Shown piece after piece: positions 25,563 to 37,648 of a stretch of DNA of 64,000 bases (position 1 is the first letter of the stretch; each line of letters starts with the position of its first letter). The stretch comes from Octopus vulgaris (Eukaryota). The translations under genes were made by a program, and so were the position numbers. The notes under the pieces were generated by a model. It worked only from the letters and a program-made list of their open reading frames with translations. It was not told the origin of the DNA and ran no database searches. Where the stretch lies: positions 1,798,001-1,862,000 of the forward strand of contig OX597830.1 in the NCBI GenBank assembly GCA_951406725.2, in the 5' to 3' direction.

Positions 25563-25768
25563 AAGGCAGCAAGCTGGCAGAATTGTTAGCATGCTGGACG
25601 AAATGCTTAGTATTTTCACTCATTGTTATGTTCTGGGTTCAAATTCTGCCGGGGTCGACTTTGCCTTTCATCCTTTTGGGGTCAATAAATTAAGTACAAG
25701 TGAAACACTGGGGTCGATGCAATCGACTAGTCCCCTCCTACCACCAAATTTGGGCCTATAGTAGAAAT
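25563..25768 (+). mobile_element. SINE family C
   Basis: Same head and core as the copies at 7975 and 16767. Confidence 0.82.
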
Positions 25769-26167
25769 GCTTAAGGTGGGAGAGGCAGTCAAAGGGAGAC
25801 AGGATATCATTACTAATGCCTGCATCAATTTCCTTTGTTATGTTGGAGAGAATACAACAAGAGAGCAACAGATGGCAGGTTTACATTTAAGGAATGGGGC
25901 ACACGACAGTGGGATATAGAAAAAATAAGAATACATCCATCACTGTATAAAAAGCAGAATGAAAGATTTTGGTGAGAATAGAGACTAGCTCTGGGATGTG
26001 TTGTCTGAGGTGTAGGGCAAGGGAAATTGTCAGCACTTGTTGTATTATATGCATATCATATATAGAGACATTTTATGTGTAATTTCTTTCTATTTCGTTT
26101 ACTCTCTCTCCCTCTCTCTCTGTCTAACTATGTATATATATTATATATACATAGTTATAATATATCA

Positions 26168-26363
26168 GATTGGTATCAAATTGTTGGATGAGGTAATGAA
26201 AGTTACAGAGAGGGTCATAGCCCAACTAATTAAGGAGAGAGTTAGTCTAGATGAGATGCAGTTTGGTTTTGTGCCAGGGAGAAGCACCACTGATGATATA
26301 TTTCTGGTAAGGCAACTTGAGGAGAAATACCTTGCCAAAGATAAACCTCTGTACTTGGCTTTT
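26168..26363 (+). mobile_element. RTE-clade LINE reverse-transcriptase fragment
   Basis: GIKLLDEVMKVTERVIAQLIKERVSLDEMQFGFVPGRSTTDDIFLVRQLEEKYLAKDKPLYLAF, the N-terminal non-LTR RT motif (Q.GF..GRST.D.IF..RQL.EK). Confidence 0.92.
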
Positions 26364-27156
26364 GGAAATGAACAAGAACGATAAAACTTTGTGTGCATGC
26401 ACAACAGTGTTCAAGGTCAATCTGTGCTACATGGCTTTACTCTGCCTGCTTTAGGTTCGTTACTATGGCAACAGTTCAGATACTTATTGATCAGACTTCA
26501 TATACATATGTGTGTGTGCACATATATATACACACAAACACACACACACACACACACAAACACGTGCATATATCTACACATGTTTATACACACTTATACA
26601 CACACAACTAGGATCCCTCATGATGCTGCCTTCATCTGCTCTCATTGCTGTTGGATGTGTATGAAGGAGTTAAAAGAACAAATTCTTTCAAAATCTATCG
26701 ACCGCAAGAACTTTGCCAAACTCCCAAAACATTACTCTGAAGATACAACTGTTATGCATTCCCCCCTCATCTTTTACATCTTTCAAACATTGATAGTAAA
26801 TGGTGGAAGAGAAAGCATAACTGAGGTTGTATGAAATCCAGTTGTTGTGGGCAGTCATCTCTTCACTACAGAGAAATTGGGACTTGTAAATAAGATAATT
26901 CATATGTTAAAAAGAAAACCACATCAAGGCAGATAATGTTTCTGGTAACTGGAAAATTCGAAAGAAATATTTTCAAAACAAGATTAAATATTTTTGAATG
27001 AGGCTAGAGTTTATAACGTCTCCTTCATCTGACTCAGATTAAAATCATAATATTTGACAACCGGTTAAATCTGGTTCCACACCTGTCGGCTAATTCTCAG
27101 TTATAGGCTTGTATTATTTACTGCCATCACTATTAATCCAGTCTTTTACCTCTCTC

Positions 27157-27192
<36 letters not shown>

Positions 27193-29447
27193 CCCTTTCT
27201 GTAGAGAAGCTTGAAATGTGAAAGACCAAACTAATAGACCCTGTTTTTTGTTCATACAACTGTCTTTTGTATATTTTTCGTGTATTTTGGAAATGTATGC
27301 AGAAACACTGTGATTCACACAAACATGCACACAAAAACACACACATAAAACGTCTTCAAGAAAACTGGAAAAGAATGAAGAGTTCTTTGAATGAAACCTG
27401 TAATCAATGCTGATATTCTTCACCAACTGAAATATAATAATAAATAAAGAGGGACTCAGTTCTGACTACCATTGAATATATATTGATAAATGTTTAATTA
27501 TGAAATGCCTTAAACTCTGGGTAAATACCAACCTGCCATTCCCCCATGATCATCACCTGTACAACCAGAGCCACCATGATCACCAAGAATAATACCTCTA
27601 CTAACACCACTAGCATTAACAAAAATACCATAATCAAGAAACACTACCACCATCACCATTGCTGCTGCCATCAACTACAATAATATTACCATCATTGCTA
27701 TTACACCAGCCACCAACAGAAACAAAAATACTACCACCACCACCACCACCAACAACAGCAACAACAACACCACCGCAACCACCACCAAACACAAAAGTAA
27801 GAAGACCACCACCACCACCGACTTCAGTAGAACGGCTACAGTAAGTTAAAGAGAAAAACTGTGACACCTGAAGAATCTGTTGTTATAAGAAAAGATGCGA
27901 CAGTAAAGCAAGAATGAAGTGTCAATGTTTAGTGATGTTGCGTTGGCGTTGGTGAGAAAATGTAGAAGAGTCTGTTGACAAAAGACCCGCTGAAGTGAGA
28001 TTACATATGAGAGACTTGAGAGTTCTTAGAAGAATAAAAACCTATTCAAGAGGTGGACAAATGAAAGAATTGTATTGGAAAGAACCTAGATGTTTGGTAA
28101 ATGGTCTTATAAAAGAGAAGCAAGATATCTCTTTAAAGAAAGGAATCAGAAAATTCTAATCCAAAGAAAAATATCAAAGGGAAGAATAAGAGAACATGTA
28201 AGGTGCCAGAAATAATGTGTCACACACTGCTATGGAATAAAGTTACCATAATTTGTAATGAATCACCAGGGAAATTTAGGGAAAAGTGTAATAAAGGAGC
28301 ACAAACTGTAAGCAGAACATTTTCCAACTGGCAAAACGACCTCTATGTGGTAACTCAAACTGCTAGAAATAGACTTGTAGGCATAGAAAAGCCCCTGAAA
28401 TTCCATTCATTCAATATTCAAATACAGAAATTTCAAACATGAACCCATTTTTTGGTACAAGGAAAGGGATTAAAAGAAAATCTTTTGAATCTGTGACAGA
28501 AGGTTTTTACATGGTTGTTTAAGCACTGAGAAATAGCAACCATACTTTCTGCAAATCACACTCAATTGTCTTATAATGAAGGACACACCAGAACTTTGAG
28601 TAACATAGTTCTCAATATATTACATTCGGTAAAATAAATGAGATGGTCACATGGGGAACAATTTTATGGATCAGAGCTGACTGAGGTCTACACAACACCA
28701 AAACATATTTCTACAGACAAACAAATAAAAAATAAGCTAAATTAGGCAATAACAAACAAAACAGCTTGAATCAATTTTGCTGTTTTTAAAGATTTTGTAG
28801 AATAATTCCTTTGCATAAATTTGAATATTTGTATCTAACTTGTTAAACCAAAACTGATATTTGATATTTTGTGGAACATTTTCAAGATTTATTGTCAGAG
28901 TTGAAATTTTGTCAAAGTCAACATTAATTTCATCATTGAAGAATTAGTAAAATGAAGAAAGAAGGGAATTGATGGAATCAATTTAATGTTCTGATATTTC
29001 TCAGACTTCTTTAATCAAAAGACTGTTTCTCAAAGTCCCAAATGAATCTTGCTGGTACATCTTGTGCTTAGAAGGTAATATGTGGTAGCCCATCCCAATA
29101 TCCTGTATGAGGCCACTGTATACTTTGTAAGGAGCACTGACCCAACCCCATCCTGCAGTCAAGTATAATTATAAGCATTGAAGGATATTGTGTTTGAGTT
29201 AAGGGTAAGGCATTGAAGCTATCAAGTGAAAAAGAGGATATCTGTGGGGTTGATTGACTAGAAATAAGAACTAAATCTCCCCTAAATGATACACAAACAT
29301 TTTTAAAATGGTAGGTGACACATGTAAGCAAGATAAACCAGTTGTGGATACATTTTATTTTAAATACAGATGGGATGGTCATACCTGGAACACCTTTGAT
29401 CCTACGTCAGCTGAATCAGGGCTGACAGAAAGCTAAGTAAAGACAAT

Positions 29448-29470
29448 AGCTGCTGCTGCTGCTGCTAGTG

Positions 29471-29532
<62 letters not shown>

Positions 29533-29541
29533 GCCTCCACG

Positions 29542-29573
<32 letters not shown>

Positions 29574-29583
29574 CGCCTCCACG

Positions 29584-29624
<41 letters not shown>
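29448..29624. repeat. (ACT)n microsatellite with duplicated CCTCCACG interruption
   Basis: Read directly. Confidence 0.95.
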
Positions 29625-30289
29625 AGTATGTTTGAATCAATTTATCACATTCTTTTTCCATTAATGAACTTTACTTATATTCATCTCTCTCTCTCTCACT
29701 CTCTCTGTTTCTGGTGGGTCATCATTTCTGAAGGCTAAAAATTCATTATCTCATCTCGTTTTCTCTCTCTTTGCATGCTTGCATGTATGTGTGCAGCTAT
29801 CTTTTTGTGTGCCTGCATACATATGCGCATGTGTGTATGTGCATGTGTGTGTACACGTGTGTGTGTGCACATGTGCATGTGTTTCTGTTCATGTGTGTGT
29901 TTCAATAGACTTTACTAGGTAACATTATTTCCCTTTCAGAATTCTACTAACCCCACCACCACCACCACCACCACCACCACCACCTAGTTTTCTTTTCTTA
30001 AATTAACTTTTAGCAATTACAATCCTTCACAATTACCCCGCCCCCATCCCTACCCCTATCCCAAATACCAAATTTCACACTCTCCCCCTGCCCCATATCT
30101 ACAATATTTTTCACTGTTACATCCTCTTCGTCTTTGATAAAACACTTTAGAGAGAGTTTTCCCTTTTCTGTGCTTTTTAATGCCCAAATGTGGTAATTGT
30201 CACACTGTCACAAAGAAAAATTTATTTTGAAGTTTGGTAGCTGACAAGTAAAACCTTCAAAACATGTGTATGTGTGTGTGTGTGTTTGT

Positions 30290-30321
<32 letters not shown>

Positions 30322-30930
30322 TATTCTGTATCTATCTATCTCTCTCTATATATATATGAATTTATGTATGCATGTTAATGTGTGTCAAGGTAAAAGATTA
30401 TTCTCCAGTTCTGTTATCCCATCATTCCCTCAACACACTATCATTCTGGCAGTGTCACCAAAAATGTGTCAAATTATTCACCAACTGTAACTTCCAAGTA
30501 CAATAAAAAAAAATATTAATTTAAGTCCTGTTACCATGGTGAGCTAATTCTAAAAACGGATGTTCATTGGTCTTGAAGTATTGAGCAGATGAAAGAACCA
30601 ATGACAAAACATCCTAATGATGTATTTAATTCCTTCATGGAAATATTTCTGGTTTTCATGGAGGATTTTTAACTTAGATCACATTAAAACCAATTTTATA
30701 TCATAGAGCCAAATACAATCTCAGGTAAATTGGTATGAAAAGGTTTAAAAATACTAACTTACCAACCACAAGGTACCTGGCTCAAATTGTGACAACAGTA
30801 TTGTAACATACTGTTAGAAAAAAAACTGTCAGTTCCTGTACTACCCTGCACTCAATCTAATGAGCCGTATTGTAATTAAATAATCTGTTAACCTACCAAT
30901 TAGTTATCAATACAAGTTGAACTGTTTTTA

Positions 30931-32047
30931 CGAGGTTGAGTCAAAGATTTTAAAATTTGCACTGGTGATATCTGGCAACTTGTATTTCCTTGTAATATCA
31001 TAAATTTGACACAATTTGTCCATTGTCACTGAATGTTTATATAAAACATATAAATATTAATTACTTGCTCCTTGTGTTACAGCATTGATCATGAGTCGTG
31101 AAAAAATTGCAATTAGAGCCATTTCAGGCTACCTGTTCAAACTGAAGTTAAAATAAATGCTGAGGAAGGCCAGAAACCATCATGGTACGAATCTGGTTCA
31201 GAGATTTTATGGAAGGTGACACCAGCTGCAAAGATAAACCAAGTTTAGAGAGAGCTTCTGTTGTCGAAGGTGAGACCTGGATTGAAATGGTTGAACAACA
31301 GCCAAGCTCATAGACTTTCAGCAGAACTTGACCCTTTGCAAAGCATCATGAGTCAGCACCTCCATAAGCTTGGCTTTGTGAACAGATGTTATCAAGAAGC
31401 TCTGCATAAACTGACCAATGACCAGGCTCAACAATGTGTGACCATTTGTAAACGACCAGTTGTAAATCCCTTAGATGCCAACTTTTGGCATTGAATTGTA
31501 ACTGAGGATGTAAAATTGATCTATTTTCATAATTCTATTATGAAAAATGAGTAGTTTTATTCCAGCCTGGCTTCAAAACCTGCTGTTAAACAAGGGCAGT
31601 TTGAAGAGAAGGTCATGTTGTGTGTTTGGTGGAATTTCAAGGTGGCGTTGCACTTTGAACTTGTCCGAGAAGGTCAAGCTGTGAACCCTAACTTCCATGC
31701 TCAACGACTGCTGTGAATATATGGTACTTTGAAAGCCCATTACATGGCATTGGTCAACTGAAGACATTCACTCTTACAGCCTCTTACATGCCCGGCACAT
31801 AATGCCAAGGGGACCAAGTGCAGACTTGAGGAACTTGAGGATCTAGAGGTGCTTGTTGCCTTACACTATCTGGTTACTACCTTTTCTGAACCATGGCTCC
31901 TTTCCAGCATGGACAGAACTTGATAATGTAGATGACGTTGAAAACAGGAGCATGAAGTTTTTGCCTCTGAACCAGCTAAATGGTATGTGTGGGATTTGAA
32001 CTCCTGGAACATGATGGGAAGAAAAGAAGTTATTCTCAAACCCTTGA
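30931..32047 (+). mobile_element. Second, older dead mariner transposon
   Basis: TA-CGAGG left end. Motifs WFQRF, IVTEDVKLIYF (IVTGDEKW), KVMLCVWWNFK..LHFEL and PAHNA. Right end approximate. Confidence 0.8.
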
Positions 32048-32099
32048 CATAACATTAAATGTTTGCAACATAGTGAATTCCACTAAAGGTACCCAAGGA

Positions 32100-32345
32100 T
32101 AAGGCTAAGGGGATAAATTGGCTGACACATTAAGTCTATAAGCCAGGCACACCATAGCATGATTTGAACTCAGAACATGAAGAATTAGAATATATATTGC
32201 AAAATCTCTTGTCCAACATTCTTATAAGTCCACCATTCAACCATACTAGTCTCTACTTCATTGACTCGAGAAGGATAAGAGTCAACATTGACTTTGTGGG
32301 ATTTGAACTCAGAATGTAAAATTGGGAATAATTACTGCAAGAAAT
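32100..32345 (-). mobile_element. Two old SINE family C-like fragments in tandem
   Basis: GATTTGAACTCAGAA (reverse complement of TTCTGAGTTCAAAT) at 32161 and 32300. Confidence 0.5.
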
Positions 32346-32777
32346 TTTACTCGGTGCTTTTCTGACTCTGAAAATTTGCATATTGTTGTTGAAACCCAGT
32401 TCAGCTCTGTTTGATACTCTGAGGATATTCTTACCCAGACTTTTTGTCTCAACAAATATATTATGAAGTGAGTTTTCCATTTTTGTTAAGACTGTAAAAT
32501 GTGATTTGAGAGACATTTAGCTGTTATTTTTCATTGGTCAACTTGCCACATGAAGCCTTACTTGTTGGTTCTTTAAACAATATTTATGAATGTGAAAAAA
32601 GTTGTACAGAGTAGTGTTAGTCATGGAGGGGAAATTTGCCGGTTGTGAGATGAATGGAGAGAAATCAGAAATTTATGAAATTACCTGGAGGAAGGGGGTC
32701 CATGACAGTTCTGGACTCTTTGACACAGATGAAGAATTGGTACAGTTTACATTTTAACATCTATAGGTTAATGTATG

Positions 32778-32905
32778 TGGAATGGCATCTGTGAGGTGGC
32801 ATCTGTAGTGTGACATCTGTAGTGTGCCAGCTATAGAATGATACCTGTGGGGTGACATCTGCAGAGCGACGTTTATCAGGTGACATTACTAAGGTGATAT
32901 CTGTC
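32778..32905. repeat. Degenerate 14-bp minisatellite (GTGRCATCTGTAGN), about 9 copies
   Basis: GTGGCATCTGTAGT/GTGACATCTGTAGT/GTGCCAGCTATAGA/...GTGATATCTGT. Confidence 0.75.
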
Positions 32906-34108
32906 ACTTGTATTTTACATCCTCAATAAAATAGGTCCTAGTTATTCTTTTTATTTAGTTGCAGGTCACCCTTTATTAAGTAGATCCATTATAAAAGACA
33001 ATCCAACAATAGCCATCCAGTATATTTTCTTGTGTGAGGGGGCACAAGTCTAGTGTGTTCTTTTTTAAGATTTAAGGTAGATTTAGTTGCTATTTCTTAT
33101 ATGCATCATCAAATAGGTACTAGTTATTTACAATAGGAAACTAAATTTATTCTAATGCTAGCCACCACACAAAGAATATTTTGTTAGTATGTTAGAAATC
33201 TTTATTCTTACCATTATAATTCCTGTGTCAAAATATAGAAAAAGTTCTATAAAGAAAAACTGCAAAGAAATGACAAAAAAAAAACTTGATTTCTGTTCTC
33301 GAGTAACAACTGAACATGTGACATTTCCAAGAAGACAAAATGGCAGAAAAAAGAAACAAAAATTATGGCTACACAAAAACTTTAACTTGGTTTTTTAAAT
33401 TTTAGACTCAAAGAAACCAAATATTTCATCGATGGAATTTTCTTTTGTGTTTAGTTTTTGGTGTCGTTAAGGATATACTGGTGCAAGATCTGATTCCTTT
33501 AGTTTTTATTTCTAAATTCCTCAGCAGAGACAGTGCCATGTCATCAAGCTTTGTGAGCCACTGCACCACCTCCACCACCACACTGACTCTTGGATGGTGA
33601 TATTGATGCAGATGACAACCAGCAAGAACATATTACGGTGAATGTCTTCAGGGGAAAATGCTGCAGGCACAGTAATTATACGAGTCCACAACAACAAGTT
33701 GAAAACTTGTGAATAAGTTTGTGCTATGGTTCAGCAATGCTGTCCAAGTGGTTTACAATAAAACCGATTTTGACATCAAACCTAAACAGCATAAATTCTT
33801 TGTAAGCATGCAACACATTTAAATCAGTTTAATAATATTAAGATTTTATCCTTCAATAAGCACAAGGCTTCAAATTCTAGGGAAGAGAGCTAATCAATAT
33901 ATAAACCCCAAAACATTCTTGCCAGTTTTATAACTCATACGGCCTTACACTCTATCGTAATTTACTAACACTGGTGTCTTTTATATTTCAATATCCTAAC
34001 CAACTGACCCTGTGCATGTTCCACAGTTTAATTAGAAATATCAAAGATCAACATGGCAGTATTACATTTTAGATGTTTTAAGTGATACACACACACACTT
34101 GTACAAAG

Positions 34109-34167
<59 letters not shown>

Positions 34168-34782
34168 ACAAAATAAAACAGATTAAATAAATTCACGAAA
34201 TACCAAAATGCCAATATATTATTCATAACTTGAAAATAAATTCTGTTTTTGGCAAAAATGTCCTCTTCCAATTCTCACCCATACAAATGCCAATGGTGGA
34301 TGCACATATACACATAACTTCTACTCTCACATAAACTCAGTTGCCATATGTGTGTGTGTCTGTGTGTGTGTGTGTGCATGTAAAGAATTTCTATGTGTGT
34401 GAGTGTGTGTATGTGAACATAAGCTAGTAGCATTCATCTGGATCTCATTCTCTCTCTCTCTCTCTCTCTATTGCACACACACACACACTTTCAGAGTGTG
34501 CCAGGTTGCTTACACCACAGGAATTTACTGTTAGCACTTTAATATAATAAAAGATGTTATCAATAAAATACCAGCAGTTTTAACTGTTCTCCGTGTTTTG
34601 CAGAATGGAATTCTTTTCCATTTTAAATTTGAATATTTGCATCTAAATTATTAAATCAAACTTGAGATTTGATGCTTTGTAGGACATCTCTGAGATTTAC
34701 AGTGAAGGCTACAGAGTTTGTTGACGAAATATTTTATGTAATAATTAGGATGATGAGCATGATGATGATGATGATGATGATG

Positions 34783-35705
34783 ATCATCATCATCATCGAC
34801 GTTTAACATCTATCTTCCATCTCTTCTCTTCCTCACATTTCCTCCTTCATACACTCTGCTTATCTTTCACTCCCCAATTCTGTCCTCACACCCCTATCCC
34901 CCTGTATCACTGATATCTGGTAACCCCCTCCAACTCCATATATACCCAGGTCTTTCACCACTTACTCTCACTCTTTAATCACACTCCCTTCGCAAATATC
35001 CTGCCATTTATATTATAGCATTGAACCTCAAGGACACTTGCCACCATCTGTATCTCTCTCTTCCTTTACTCAACCATCCCATTTAAATTCTGATCCCTGT
35101 CCCTTGTGAGGATGTCCCACATTGCCACCATCTCCAGCCTGCTGTCTCCAACTCTCTCTCTCTCTCTTCCTACACTTCACTCAGGTTGGGTAAGCATGTA
35201 CTTCCTTTGTGGCAGGGCACCTGTTTCTGTCTTCATTCCTGATCTCTCTCTCTCTCTCTCTCTGGGTGACCTTGTGCCTCCTCTACAGCAAGTCCACCTG
35301 TTTCTGTCTCTCTGTCACACTATAACCTTTCATCATAATCTGACACAAGATCACCTTCTCCAATGGCCCCTTCCTCTCTCAAAAGAGTTTTGTTTTGCAA
35401 GTTATTTGGTGACCCTGTCAGTGCAGGTGCCACTTAAAAAGCACCCAGTCAACACTGTAAAATGGTTGGCTGTAAAAACCTTGCCAAAACTGACCTTGCC
35501 TGTGCTTGTGCCATTTAAAAAGCACTCAGCTCACTCTATGGAGTGGTCAGTGTTAGGAAGGGCATCCAGTTGTAAAAATCTTGCCAAAACAGTTACAGAA
35601 GTCTGATGCAGGCTTCTGCCTGACTTGCTCTTGTGAAACCGTCCAACCCATGCCAGCATGGAAAGCAGATGTTAAATGATAATGATGATGATGATGATGA
35701 TGATG
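34783..35705. mobile_element. Composite repeat bounded by inverted RTE-type tails
   Basis: (CAT)n-GTTTAACATCTATCTTCCAT at left, ATGGAAAGCAGATGTTAAATGA-(TGA)n at right. RTE-UTR-like at 35400-35705, CT-rich middle. Confidence 0.5.
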
Positions 35706-36548
35706 AATAAAAACCTTTAAAGTTTGAGATTGCAATGATTTGGAACATGAAATCTCGAGATATTGTAGCCATGGTAATTTTTGCATTAGGGACTGTGACT
35801 GAGGAAACAGACAAATGGATAAGAGAGACTGGAAGGGAATGTCCTGTTGAGCTTCAACAGAATGTTTGCCTCTGCAGAATAGGGAAGATTATTTTTCAAG
35901 GTTTTTGAACACTTGATGGCTTATTGGGGATAAATCATGGGGATATCTTGGATTAGGGGCAGCAACCTACTACCCACATGCATTCTATCAGGAATAAGAT
36001 CAATCCTGTGTTGAAAACAATAAATATTAATAATCCTTTTGAGAACAAAATAATTTCTAAGAATACAATAAATGAAACAAAAAGTCTTGGGGGAAATAGA
36101 ACCAGTGATCTGCTTTAAATGTTTATATCAGAATGGAAGCTACAAACTGTACCCCAAAACCAGGTGGTTCTGTTAGACTAGGTGCGGTATTAGACCCATC
36201 ACTCATTGTGTTAAACCTGTTATACATGTAGCAATGAGCTATAATGAAAGTAGTATACCTTGCTGATTATATTAGAGTTATCTCCCTTGTTTGTTGAAGA
36301 CAATTAAACATCCCCTCGAGGGAGCTTTTGTCTGTTAATTACATGGATAATCTCAGTATATTGAAGTTTCTCAACTCTGCTTATTGTACATGTTAGACAC
36401 TACAATGTATATGACATGTAAATAGCTCAGTTGGAATCAAAACATGAATCTAATGAAATATTAAACAAATGGATGGAAATTAAGGCAACATTATACATAT
36501 ATATATGTGTATATATTTCATAAGGGAGATTAAAGTATGTTGTTGATT

Positions 36549-37175
36549 AGTGGCCATGCTGGGGCACTGCCTTGCAGAACAATGGTTGAATGAATCGACC
36601 TCAGTACTTCTTTTTTAAAGTCTCATACTTATTCTTTTGATCACCTTTGTCAAACAGCTAAGTTACAGGGGCATAAACACACCAACACCGGTTGTCAAGT
36701 GTTAGTGGGGGACAAACATAGACACAGACCCACACACACACATAAATGCATGCATACAGACATACATATCTACATATCTATTTGGCAGTGCCGCCTCTAG
36801 CCGAATATTTATTCTGTGCTGATGAAGGGAAATAACCCAGGAATTGCAAAACACAGATATTGTTTTGAGCTGAGTAGGGGTGCTAGATTCCCTTGTTCGA
36901 AAATATAAGGACACATATTGTGTCGTATAGCCAGCTGGGGCTAAATTACAGCAACATTCATTCTAAACCAGGACTGCCATGTTATGTTGGCAAACAATCT
37001 TTACTCCATATCTATATGTTGGGCTTCTTTCAGTTTCCATTTACCAAATGTACTCACAGAACTTTGGTCAGCATGGGGCTATAGTAAAATGACACTTGCC
37101 CAAGGTACCAAGCAGTGGGACTGAACCTGGAATCATGTGGTTGGGAATAAAGCTTCTGGCAACATAGCAACGCCT
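36549..37175 (-). mobile_element. SINE family A interrupted by a nested insertion
   Basis: Body 36549-36745 and head 37020-37175 are separated by the 36782-37006 insert. Confidence 0.8.
36782..37006 (+). mobile_element. Penelope-like fragment with decayed hammerhead and 9-bp TSD
   Basis: 36813-36857 reads TCTGTG-CTGATGA-A-GGG AAATAA CCC-A-GGAA-TTGCAA-AA-CACAGA. TSD CATATCTAT at 36773-36781 and 37007-37015. Confidence 0.7.
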
Positions 37176-37648
37176 TTGCCAAGACAGATTTATTGCAAAA
37201 TATTTTCCTTTGTGCATCTCAACTGGCATAGTATACCTTGGTCTCTATCTACCCAAACCTTATGATTTAAAGCAATCATAGTTAGACAGTAATGTTTCAA
37301 TGCACAGATATCCTTGGCCCTGGATCGATCTCCTCTCCAGCTGTGGATAACCATTGGATTCTCTGCCGGGTATAATTTGATGAGTTTTAATTTTAATTCT
37401 ATTAAGTACATGCACAAACTATTCGGCCAGTAATCTGGGTGGTTGAGTACTGAGTCACCCAACAATCAGTCAGGTGGATTAATCTCTCTGTTCATTATTG
37501 GATTTGGAGAATAATGTAAATTCTTTCGAATGGATTCATTACTTCATGGGGGGATAAGAATAGTTATGGTGGTGGGAATGAAGATGGTGATGGAAATTAT
37601 GAAGGCAGTGGTAGTGGATGCAGCACCGGTGGTGGAAGCAGTTGTGAT

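Noticed and set aside
33524-33715. Possible plus-strand exon after TTCTAAATTCCTCAG
   Set aside because: Stops in all frames, no recognisable motif and no clear donor.
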